A stretch of 64,000 nucleotides of DNA, taken from NCBI GenBank assembly GCA_944324555.1, contig CALUWU010000038.1, positions 171 through 64,170 on the forward strand, read 5' to 3'. Below, in pieces: positions 27,036-35,409 of the stretch. Position 1 is the stretch's first letter, and every line of letters begins with the position of its first letter. Made by a program: the position numbers and the translations under genes. This DNA comes from an uncultured Desulfovibrio sp. GTDB lineage: Bacteria; Desulfobacterota; Desulfovibrionia; Desulfovibrionales; Desulfovibrionaceae. The notes under the pieces are model-generated. The model did no database searches. It was not told the DNA's origin and saw only the letters and a program-made list of their open reading frames with translations.

Positions 27036-29732
27036 TCAGCTTTCGTTTTCGAAGGTTACGAGCAGTTCGCCGTTTTCCGCCACGTCCATATGCACTTGCG
27101 AGCCTTCGCTGTCGCCGTTGCCGTCCGCCATGCGCCGCAGGATGCGGCGGGAAAGCGTCGGCAGGATGGAGCCGGCCAGCACATAGTCGATATTGCGCGC
27201 GCCTGTTTCCGTTTCCGTACAACGCGCGGCAAGGGTTTCGGGCAAGGCTTCATTCCATGTCAGCCGCATGCCGCTGTTGTCCCGCAGGCGGGCGGCCAGC
27301 GCGCCGAGCTTCTGTTCCGCAATGATCCGCAACGCCTCCCGCGTCAGGGCGACATAGGGCACAATGGTCATGCGCGCCAGCAGGGCGGGCTGAAAATGGC
27401 GCGACAGCGCGGGGCGCAGGGCGGCGGTCAGCTCGGCGACGTCGGGCGCGCGTCCTTCCGCGCACAGATTTTGCGTAATGGACGAGCCGAGGTTTGAAGT
27501 CAGCATGATGACCGTATTGCGGAAACTGACTTCCACGCCTTCGCCGTCGGTCAGCACGCCCTTGTCGAAAACCTGATAGAAAAGCTGCATCACGTCGGGA
27601 TGCGCCTTTTCGGCCTCGTCCAGCAGGACGACGGAGTAGGGCTTGCGCCGCACGGCTTCGGTCAGCAGACCGCCTTCGCCGTACCCCACATAGCCCGGAG
27701 GAGAACCGATCAGACGCGAGGTCATGTGCTTTTCCTGAAATTCGCTCATGTTGACGGTGACGATGGAATTTTCGTCGCCGAACAGGGCGTCGGCCAGCGC
27801 AAGGCCCGTTTCCGTCTTGCCCACGCCGGAGGGGCCGACCAGCAGAAAGACGCCCAGCGGCTGTCGCGGGCCGCGCAATCCGGCCTTGCCGGCCTGAATG
27901 CCTTCGGTCACGGCGGCAAGCGCCGCGTCCTGCCCCTTGATGCGCCGCTTCAGCGTATCGCCCAGGGCGGCAATCTGGCCGGCCTGCTCGCGGGCCACCT
28001 TGCCCACGGGAATGCCCGTCCAGTCGGCCACCACGCGCGCGACGGTTTCGGCGTTGACCTCCACGCTGATCAGGGGAGCGCCTGCCTGACGGGCTTCCAG
28101 CGCCTCGCGCGCGGCGCGCACGGCTTCCAGGGCCGCGACCTCGTCGAGGGGGGCGCCGTCCCCGGACGCTTCGGCGGGGGCCGCCGTCCCGTTTTCCGCG
28201 CCGCGTATCCTGTTCAGGGCGGCGCGGGCATCCAGCAGCGCATGGGCCAGCGCCAGCTCTTCCTGCCAGTCCGTTTCCAGCCGCCTGGCTTCGGCGTCGG
28301 CCTCTTCGATGGCGCGACGGATTTCGGCCAGACGCTGCTCGTCCACGGGCAGACCTTCGTCGCGATCCCGTTCCAGCGCCGCGCGCTCGCGCCGGGCCGC
28401 CTGTGAACGGCGTATGGCGTCTTCCAGCGGCGCGGGACGCGAGGCCAGCGATACCTTGACGCGCGCGCAGGCCGTGTCCAGCAGATCGATGGCCTTGTCG
28501 GGCAGAAAGCGGCCGGTAATATAGCGCGCCCCGAAATCCGCGGCCGCCTCGACGGCGTCGTCCCTGATCAGGACGCCGTGGCTTTTTTCGTAGCCCGCCC
28601 GCAGCCCGCGCAGGATGAGCGCCGTGGTCCTCGCGTCGGGTTCGTCCAGCTTGACGACCTGAAAGCGGCGCGCCAGGGCGGGGTCCTTTTCAAAATATTT
28701 CTTGTATTCCTTCCAGGTCGTGGCGGCGCAGGTACGGATTTCCCCCCGGGCCAGCGCGGGTTTCATCAGGTTGGCGGCGTCCGAACCGCCCGCCGCGTTG
28801 CCCGCGCCCACCAGAAGGTGCGCTTCGTCGATAAAGAGAATGATGGATTTGGGCGAACTCTTGATCTCGTCCAGCACGCCCTTGAGGCGGCGTTCAAATT
28901 CGCCCTTGACCGACGCTCCGGCCTCCAGCAGGCCCATATCAAGCCCGAGCAGGGTCACGCCGCGCAGGGTCTCGGGGACGTCGCCCTGCGCGATGCGCAG
29001 GGCCAGCCCTTCCATGACGGCCGTCTTGCCGACGCCGGGCTCGCCCACGAGAATGGGATTGTTCTTGCGGCGCCGGGCCAGAATATCCACCATCCGGCGG
29101 ATTTCCTGATCCCGGCCGAAAACGGGGTCAAGCTTGCCCGCTTCGGCCTTGGCCGTAATGTCTTCGCAGAAGCGCGCGATGAAGCCCTCGCCGGCGGGGC
29201 CGCCCTTTTCCTTTTCCGGGGAGGCGCTTTCGGGAGCCGGTCCGGCCGCGTCCTGTTCCTCGACGGACGCGGCGCGCGTCTCGCCGAAACCGCGCAGGAC
29301 GGCGTCCGGCTCCACATCGCGCAGCAGGCGGGTATAATCGCCCTGGGCGTAAAAGTTGGGACGGCGGACAAAGGCCAGCAGAATGCCGCCCGAACGCAGG
29401 CGGGCGCCGCCCAGATCTACCGACGATACCAGCCAGCCGGCCTCCATGACGTCCTGCAGGGTGGGAGAAAATACCGGCCGGCCGCTGTTGCCCGAGCGGA
29501 ACTGTTCCAGACTGCGATTGACGGCCGTCCGCAGGCTGACCGTATCCACGCCCGCGGCCGCCAGCATCAGCGAAATATCGCAGCGGGGTTCTTCGAGGCA
29601 GGAAAGCAGAAAGTGTTCGAAGCAGACTTCATAGTGCTCCCGATGGACGGTCATGCCCGCGGCACTGTTGAGGGCCTGCTGGCAAAAGCTGTCGCACTTG
29701 TCGATCAGCCCTTTCATATCCACACCGATCAT
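27036..29732 (-). CDS. tssH: T6SS AAA+ ATPase ClpV
   Basis: DILARRRKNNPILVGEPGVGKT, FEKDPALARRFQ, GPSGVGKTE, GGLLTEAVRRKPYSV, TGARNID. Confidence 0.95.
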   Translation of the reverse strand: MIGVDMKGLIDKCDSFCQQALNSAAGMTVHREHYEVCFEHFLLSCLEEPRCDISLMLAAAGVDTVSLRTAVNRSLEQFRSGNSGRPVFSPTLQDVMEAGWLVSSVDLGGARLRSGGILLAFVRRPNFYAQGDYTRLLRDVEPDAVLRGFGETRAASVEEQDAAGPAPESASPEKEKGGPAGEGFIARFCEDITAKAEAGKLDPVFGRDQEIRRMVDILARRRKNNPILVGEPGVGKTAVMEGLALRIAQGDVPETLRGVTLLGLDMGLLEAGASVKGEFERRLKGVLDEIKSSPKSIILFIDEAHLLVGAGNAAGGSDAANLMKPALARGEIRTCAATTWKEYKKYFEKDPALARRFQVVKLDEPDARTTALILRGLRAGYEKSHGVLIRDDAVEAAADFGARYITGRFLPDKAIDLLDTACARVKVSLASRPAPLEDAIRRSQAARRERAALERDRDEGLPVDEQRLAEIRRAIEEADAEARRLETDWQEELALAHALLDARAALNRIRGAENGTAAPAEASGDGAPLDEVAALEAVRAAREALEARQAGAPLISVEVNAETVARVVADWTGIPVGKVAREQAGQIAALGDTLKRRIKGQDAALAAVTEGIQAGKAGLRGPRQPLGVFLLVGPSGVGKTETGLALADALFGDENSIVTVNMSEFQEKHMTSRLIGSPPGYVGYGEGGLLTEAVRRKPYSVVLLDEAEKAHPDVMQLFYQVFDKGVLTDGEGVEVSFRNTVIMLTSNLGSSITQNLCAEGRAPDVAELTAALRPALSRHFQPALLARMTIVPYVALTREALRIIAEQKLGALAARLRDNSGMRLTWNEALPETLAARCTETETGARNIDYVLAGSILPTLSRRILRRMADGNGDSEGSQVHMDVAENGELLVTFENES

Positions 29733-29777
29733 GTCGTCTCCATTGGCATTGTCTGTTGTTTCCCGGGAGGACGGCGC

Positions 29778-29811
29778 AAACGAAAAGGGCGCGCCCGAAA
29801 GGACGCGCCCC
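29778..29811 (-). terminator. Rho-independent terminator after hcp
   Basis: Minus strand gggcgcgtcc-tttc-gggcgcgccc followed by ttttcgttt. Confidence 0.7.
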
Positions 29812-29824
29812 GCGTGTTTGCGGT

Positions 29825-30304
29825 CTACTTCTTCCAGTCGTCGACGTATTCGATATTGCCGTCGTTATAGGTCCATGTGATCTTGGAGTAGGTGAAGGAG
29901 ACGCTTTCCATGTCGTGATAGGGCTTGTTTTCGGGCAGGAAGGTCAGGGGGGTGTCCTTTTTCATGCTCACCACAATGGCTTCTTCCAGCTTGATGGTGA
30001 AGTACTTTTCTTCCGTGCCGTCCGGGGCAATGCGGTAATGATCGATGGTGACCGTGCACTGCTCGCCGGTGCAGCAGGCCTTGTACAGTTTGGGGCTGGC
30101 CTGATCCAGATGTTTGGTTACGGTCAGCGGGTGGTGGATGCGCTGGCCCGTGGGCAGGCCGGTGTGGGTATCCTTGGGGATTTCCACCAGATGTTCGACA
30201 GCGTAGACCAGAACCTTGTCCTTCTTGTCGCCGCCCTGCTGGCAGTCGCCCTTGATTTCGCCCTGAGACTTGCCTTCCACTTTCATGTACGCCGTCAGTG
30301 CCAT
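29825..30304 (-). CDS. hcp: T6SS tube protein Hcp
   Basis: G.SQGEIKG, TGLPTGQRIHHP, TKHLDQASPKL, ESVSFTYSKITW, DDW. Confidence 0.96.
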   Translation of the reverse strand: MALTAYMKVEGKSQGEIKGDCQQGGDKKDKVLVYAVEHLVEIPKDTHTGLPTGQRIHHPLTVTKHLDQASPKLYKACCTGEQCTVTIDHYRIAPDGTEEKYFTIKLEEAIVVSMKKDTPLTFLPENKPYHDMESVSFTYSKITWTYNDGNIEYVDDWKK

Positions 30305-30372
30305 GATGCATACCTCTTTTTTGTATGTTACGGGAAGATTAGGGGATTTGTTTCGTTATACCGTTCCGGCGG

Positions 30373-31839
30373 CTAGCTCTTGTCGAGCTTGCCCACCAGA
30401 GAAAGGGTAAAGCTGGCTCCCATATACTTGAAGTGGGGGCGGGCCATAATGCCCACGGTATACCAGCCGGGCTCGCCCGCGACGTCGTTGACGGAGATCT
30501 GGGCCATGCGCAGGGGGCGCTTGCTGCGGGTGACGGGATCGGGATCGTCCATTTCCGTCACATACTGGCTGATCCAGGTATTGAGTTCGCGCTCAAGGTC
30601 GTTGCGTTCCTTCCAGGAGCCGATATTTTCGCGCTGTATGACCTTGATGTAGTGCGCGAGGCGATTCATGATCATCATGTAGGGCAGCTGGGTGGAGAGG
30701 CGGTAGTTGAGTTCCGCCGCCTTGCCTTCGGGGGTATTGGCAAAAACCTTTGCCTTCTGGCAGGAGCTGGCTGAGAAGAAGGCGGCGTTGTCGGCGCCCT
30801 TCCGCATGCTCAGGGCGATGAAGCCTTCTTCCGAAAGTTCGTATTCCCGCCGTTCCGAAATGAGAACTTCCGTGGGGATCTTGGTTTGCACCTGCCCCAT
30901 GGATTCAAAGGTGTAGATGGGCAGGTTTTCGACGGCGCCGCCGCCCTGCGGTCCGATGATATTGGCGCACCAGCGGTATTTGGCAAAGCTGTCGGTCAGG
31001 CGGCCGGCAAAGGCAAAGGCGGTGTTGCCCCAGCAGAAATCATTGTTGTCGGAGGCGTCTTCTTCAAAGACGAAGCTCTTTGCGGGGACGGTATTGGAGC
31101 CGTAGGGCACGCGCAGCAGGAAGCGCGGCAGGGTCAGACCAACGTAGCGGGCGTCCTCGGATTCGCGGAAGGAGCGCCACTTGGTATATTGCGGCATTTC
31201 AAAGATGGACTTGAGGTCCTTGAGGTTGGGCAGGTCTTCCCAGGAGTCGATGCCGAAGAATTCCTTGCCCGCGGCGCCCACAAAGGGGGCGTGCGACATG
31301 GCGGATACCGAGGCCATGTATTGCAGGAGTTCCATGTCCTGCGGGCCGGGGCCGAATTCGTAGTTGCCGATGACGGCGCCCACGGGCTGGCCGCCGAACT
31401 GGCCGTATTCCGCCGTGTAGATGTGCTTGTACAGGCCGGAGCTCATGATTTCCGGGGCGTCCTGAAAATCCGTGAGCAGATCGTCCTTGCTGACGTTGAG
31501 AAATTCGACCTTGATATTCTGCCGGAAGTCCGTGTTGTCCACAAGATACTTGAGGCCGCGCCAGGAGCTTTCGAGCTGTTGAAACTGCTCGTTGTGCATG
31601 ATGGCGTTCACCTGCGCGCTGAGCCGCCTGTCGAGATCGGCAAGGAGCTTGTCCACCAGCGCGGGAGAGACCTTGGCGTCGTCCGAGGGCTGCGACACCA
31701 GCTCCTTGAGAAAGGCCTGCAAGCCGTCGCGCGTGGCGGAAAAGCCGTCGTCGCCGGGTTTGAGGCGGGTGGCCTCGACGATTTCATCAAGCAGGCTTGC
31801 GGCGGGCGCGGCGGCGGGGGCGTTTTCAGTCTGGCTCAT
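30373..31839 (-). CDS. tssC: T6SS contractile sheath large subunit
   Basis: FQQLESSWRGL, YTAEYGQFGG, HAPF, LPRFLLRVPYG, RLAHYIKVIQRENIGS, PHFKY. Confidence 0.96.
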   Translation of the reverse strand: MSQTENAPAAAPAASLLDEIVEATRLKPGDDGFSATRDGLQAFLKELVSQPSDDAKVSPALVDKLLADLDRRLSAQVNAIMHNEQFQQLESSWRGLKYLVDNTDFRQNIKVEFLNVSKDDLLTDFQDAPEIMSSGLYKHIYTAEYGQFGGQPVGAVIGNYEFGPGPQDMELLQYMASVSAMSHAPFVGAAGKEFFGIDSWEDLPNLKDLKSIFEMPQYTKWRSFRESEDARYVGLTLPRFLLRVPYGSNTVPAKSFVFEEDASDNNDFCWGNTAFAFAGRLTDSFAKYRWCANIIGPQGGGAVENLPIYTFESMGQVQTKIPTEVLISERREYELSEEGFIALSMRKGADNAAFFSASSCQKAKVFANTPEGKAAELNYRLSTQLPYMMIMNRLAHYIKVIQRENIGSWKERNDLERELNTWISQYVTEMDDPDPVTRSKRPLRMAQISVNDVAGEPGWYTVGIMARPHFKYMGASFTLSLVGKLDKS

Positions 31840-31848
31840 GGAGGCTCC

Positions 31849-32340
31849 TTACTTTTCGTCGATGTTCAGCTCGTTGAGCAGGGCCGCGCGGGCCTTGTCG
31901 TCGGAAACCATCTCCTGCACCTTGCGCCGGAATTCGGGCACGTTGGCCAGCGGCCCCTTGAGGGCCTTGAGGGATTCGCGCAGTTCCAGCAGCCGGGCCA
32001 GTTCCGGCACCTGCCGCACGATGGCGTCCGGGGTGAAGTCGTTGATGTTTTCAAATTTCAGCTCGACGGCAAGGCGCGCTTCGGGATCGTCGTCGGCCAG
32101 CTTGTTGGGCACGCTGATGGTCATGCCGAGGCCCTGCCCCTTCATGACGTCGTTGAAGTTGGTCTTGTCCACGGAAACGGGCGCGCGATCTTCCAGCGGT
32201 CTGTCGTCTTCGCGCTGGGTGAAGTCGCCGAGCACCATGAGCTTGAGAGGCAGTTCCACCTCTTCCCTGGCGTCGCCGGTTGCGGGACGGTAGACAATGT
32301 TCACGCGCTCCTTGGGAGCGACGGACCCTTCCTTGCTCAT
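31849..32340 (-). CDS. tssB: T6SS contractile sheath small subunit
   Basis: GSVAPKERVNIVY, ELPLKLMVLGDF, DFTPDAIVRQVPEL. Confidence 0.96.
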   Translation of the reverse strand: MSKEGSVAPKERVNIVYRPATGDAREEVELPLKLMVLGDFTQREDDRPLEDRAPVSVDKTNFNDVMKGQGLGMTISVPNKLADDDPEARLAVELKFENINDFTPDAIVRQVPELARLLELRESLKALKGPLANVPEFRRKVQEMVSDDKARAALLNELNIDEK

Positions 32341-32437
32341 AGAGCCTCCTTGCGATCTTCTCGCGTGATGGTGGGGGCGGCGGCGGCCGCCGTTGGCGTG
32401 TTATGAAATCGTCGGGGACGAAAGCGGGCGCGGCGCG

Positions 32438-34012
32438 TCACAGGAACGGGGAGTTCGACGGCCGGAGAAGGCAGACGGCGGCGGCGCAGTCGTCGGCGCG
32501 GCGGCGGGCGTCCGGCGTGTCGAGGAGCGACCATGCCGCATGGCAGGCGCGGAGGGCGTCAAGGCAGAGTTCGGGCTGCCAGTCGGCAAGACCGCGCTCC
32601 CGGGCGACGCGTTCCAGTTCTTCGGCCAGCGGCGCGGCGGCCCGGGCGAGGCCGGCAAGCGTCAGCAGGCGGAGCTGTTCGACGCGCAGGGCGAAGGCCG
32701 CGGCCGAGCTTGCGCCGCAACGGCGGCGGGCGTCTTCGAGGATATCCAGCGCGGCGGCAAGGTTGCCGCCCGCGGCGGTTTCGCGGGCGCGGGAGCGCAG
32801 GGCTTCGGCGTCGTCGCCGGCGGTCGCGGCGGCGGGCGCCGGGGCGGCCGCGTCTTCCTGTTGCAGCCAGCTGCGCGTTTCGGCGTCGGCAAAGGGGCGG
32901 CCGTCGGCAAAGGTCAGGGCCGTCAGCCCGGGCAGCCGCGCCGCGAGCGCGCGGCTTTCCCGCAGTACGAGGGCCGCGTCGAGCGGCCGTTCGCAGCGCG
33001 TCAGGGCGGAAAAGAGCAGGCGCTGCGCGTCAAGGCAGAAGGGGCAGGCCGGCAGGAGGCGGGCAAGGGCAAGGGCCGCCTCGGCGGCGCGGCCGGCATT
33101 GAGCAGATTGCGGCAGGCCGCCAGTTCCTCTTCCGGGGGCGGGGGCAGGGCCGTCGTCTGATTCTCGGCGGGGGGCAGCTTTTCGATACGGCCCCAGAGG
33201 GCGACGTAGAGCGCCGCCCAGGCGGCGCCGTTTTCCGGAATCTGGCGGGCGAAGGCCATGGCCGCGCAGTTTCTGGCCGCCGCGAGAAAGGCGGCGATCG
33301 CTTCCTGCTCGTCCGCCGGGGGATCGGTCTGGGGGAGCGGCGCGGACGGCCGGGCGGCGGGCGGCTGCGACGGTTGCGGGGCTTCGGGCGCGGGTGCGGC
33401 CTGCGACGGGGCCGCCGGGGCTTCCTCGGCCGGCGGAGGCGCGCTTTCGTCGCTTGCGGGCGCGGGCTCCGGCGCGGCTTCCGTCACGTTCAGGCGCTCG
33501 ACGCGTTCCAGCAGGTCGCGCAGGGGCGGCATATCGGGGAGAACCTCGCCGAGGGTGGCGTCGAGTTCCCTGAGGGAGACGAGCAGATCGTCGCGCAGGG
33601 CCGGGTCCACGGGATCGCGGGGCGCGTCAAGGAGTGGGGCGATACGTTCCCGCCACCAGCCGAGCATGTTGGCGCGGGCGCGCAACCGCTTGAGCGGCGG
33701 AAAGCAGACGTCCCACCAGCCGGCAAGCAGATCGGCAAGGATGCGGACGCTGTCGGCAAGGCCCTGAATGCCGTTGGTCTGGGTCAGCCCCACGGAGAGA
33801 TAGACGGCGGCGGGAATGTCCTTGGCCTGCCGTTCGAGCACGGCGACGGCGCTGTCCGCGACCACGTTCCAGTCGACGGCGGCGGCTCCCTGAAGGGAGC
33901 CGAGCTTTCCGATTTCTTCCAGCAGGCGTTCATAATCGGCGCTTTGACGCGGCTCTGTTCCTGCCGGGCTGGCGTCGCTGACGGGGCATCGCCCCAGCTC
34001 TCGGAGATCCAT
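32438..34012 (-). CDS. tssA: T6SS TssA (ImpA_N plus VasJ-like C-terminus)
   Basis: PAGTEPR..DYE, VDWNVV, AKDI, Pro/Ala linker, PFCLDAQR, LTFADGRPFADAETRSWL; start placed at ATG 34012. Confidence 0.88.
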   Translation of the reverse strand: MDLRELGRCPVSDASPAGTEPRQSADYERLLEEIGKLGSLQGAAAVDWNVVADSAVAVLERQAKDIPAAVYLSVGLTQTNGIQGLADSVRILADLLAGWWDVCFPPLKRLRARANMLGWWRERIAPLLDAPRDPVDPALRDDLLVSLRELDATLGEVLPDMPPLRDLLERVERLNVTEAAPEPAPASDESAPPPAEEAPAAPSQAAPAPEAPQPSQPPAARPSAPLPQTDPPADEQEAIAAFLAAARNCAAMAFARQIPENGAAWAALYVALWGRIEKLPPAENQTTALPPPPEEELAACRNLLNAGRAAEAALALARLLPACPFCLDAQRLLFSALTRCERPLDAALVLRESRALAARLPGLTALTFADGRPFADAETRSWLQQEDAAAPAPAAATAGDDAEALRSRARETAAGGNLAAALDILEDARRRCGASSAAAFALRVEQLRLLTLAGLARAAAPLAEELERVARERGLADWQPELCLDALRACHAAWSLLDTPDARRRADDCAAAVCLLRPSNSPFL

Positions 34013-34108
34013 ACGGTATCCGGCGTAAGGGTAGGGAGGCGGGCGAGGGATTGGGCGCCCGGAAGCGTTTTTGCGGGACAGCGTCTGCAAAAGACTTCCC
34101 GACGCTTT

Positions 34109-34137
34109 TTCATACCATGCGCGCGAGAAGTTTGCAA
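34109..34137 (-). promoter_or_regulatory. Putative sigma70 promoter of tssA-tssB-tssC-hcp-clpV
   Basis: Minus strand TTGCAA-17 nt-TATGAA with extended TG. Confidence 0.5.
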
Positions 34138-34186
34138 TGTCGGCAGAGTTTTCTTTTTTTGTGAGATTGTAAATGGTTACGCCGCG

Positions 34187-34288
34187 CTAGAGCGTTCCGC
34201 CCTTGAAAAAGGTAAAACAAAGCAAGCGGAAACCCCGCGCTTTTTCATGGTTTGAAACGCAACGCGTTTCAAACTGAAAATACTCTAG
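34187..34288. mobile_element. 102-bp MITE-like element bounded by CTAG
   Basis: Ends ctagagcgttccgcccttgaaa / tttcaaactgaaaatactctag form an imperfect IR; internal 11-bp hairpin gtttgaaacgc-aac-gcgtttcaaac; right CTAG is the tssE stop. Confidence 0.65.
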
Positions 34289-34701
34289 GTATTGATGACA
34301 ACGCGTCCCGACGGCTCGACGAGCGTCGTCCAGTGAATGCGGACGACCTCGTCCTCCAGTTCCAGCTCGGCGTCCAGAAAGAAGGCCAGTTGCAGGGGCT
34401 GATTGGGATCGGGGGCATAGCGGACGTGAACCTGTTTCAGGCGCGGTTCGCAGCGGCTGATGAAGAGGGACAGCTCCCTTTCTATGCGGGGCAGTTCCTC
34501 CGAGCTGAAGGACGCGCCGAGGGCGCTGAAGTCCGGCATGCCGAACTCCTGATCAAGCACGGTGTTCCCCTGCCGGGTATTGAGGATGCGGGACAGATGA
34601 TTGGTCACGGATTGAATGATGTCCGCCGCTTCCACGGTATTGCGTTCGTCGCCCCGCTGCCGGGCGTGGCGCAGGCGTTCCAGAAAGCGCAGTTGCGTCA
34701 T
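34285..34701 (-). CDS. tssE: T6SS baseplate subunit TssE (gp25-like)
   Basis: HLSRILNTRQG, FGMPDF, ISRCEPRL. Confidence 0.92.
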   Translation of the reverse strand: MTQLRFLERLRHARQRGDERNTVEAADIIQSVTNHLSRILNTRQGNTVLDQEFGMPDFSALGASFSSEELPRIERELSLFISRCEPRLKQVHVRYAPDPNQPLQLAFFLDAELELEDEVVRIHWTTLVEPSGRVVINT

Positions 34702-34776
34702 GGAAAGCTCCTTTCTCTTGCCGGAACCGGCCCTTCCCGTCGCGGGCAGGGAGGGGCTTCCTCAACTGAAAATGCT

Positions 34777-35409
34777 CTACTGTTCCAGCGTATGGAAGAT
34801 CACGCGGAGTTCCTTGTCGGAATAGCTGACGTCGGCGTCGAGCGGCGTATCGCGGCGCGCGACGGCGCTGATGCGAATCCACCGGGGATGGGAGGCGATT
34901 TGCAGACGCCTGACGCAGCCGTCCTGCGGGCGGGCGTCCACGGTGACCTGCGCGCTCCACTGGCCGTGAATGTCGACGCTGCGGGACGTGATGTTCACGG
35001 GGGTGATAAGCGTATGTTCGCCCAGGCTGCCTTCGTAGGGGAAGAGCAGGAGGAGAGAACCGTCCTTGCGAACCTCCATGCGCGGCGGGAAGACGCGCCC
35101 CTTGCCGGGGCGCTTGCCGCGCGGCAGATCGCGCCACTGCGAAGCGGCGGCGGGAACCGGCTGCGGCGCCGGGGCGGGCGGCTCCTGCGCCTGCGTCGGG
35201 GAGGTCGTCTGCGGGGCCGGGGCGGGCTGCTGCGGAACCGGCGGCGTCACCGGCGTTCTGGCAACCGGCCGGGTGAACATGAGCGCCAGCAGATTGCCGG
35301 TGGAGGCGCCGCCGCCAAGGGCGACGAGGGCCATGCCGCCGACGGCCAGCAGCCAGACACCGAGCATGAGGCGGCAGAGAAAGCGGGTCGCATTGGCTGA
35401 AGTTACCAT
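34777..35409 (-). CDS. Membrane-anchored protein with Pro-rich linker and probable AMIN-like domain
   Basis: N-terminal TM helix, PQQPAPAPQ linker, VDIHGQWS...VRRLQIASHPRWIRI resembles the AMIN beta sandwich; overlaps the tssM stop. Confidence 0.55.
   Translation of the reverse strand: MVTSANATRFLCRLMLGVWLLAVGGMALVALGGGASTGNLLALMFTRPVARTPVTPPVPQQPAPAPQTTSPTQAQEPPAPAPQPVPAAASQWRDLPRGKRPGKGRVFPPRMEVRKDGSLLLLFPYEGSLGEHTLITPVNITSRSVDIHGQWSAQVTVDARPQDGCVRRLQIASHPRWIRISAVARRDTPLDADVSYSDKELRVIFHTLEQ

Noticed and set aside
26472..27497. 341-aa ORF beginning MPVRRQGALRAR
   Set aside because: Reads through palindromic repeats and antisense into clpV; a repeat-derived spurious ORF
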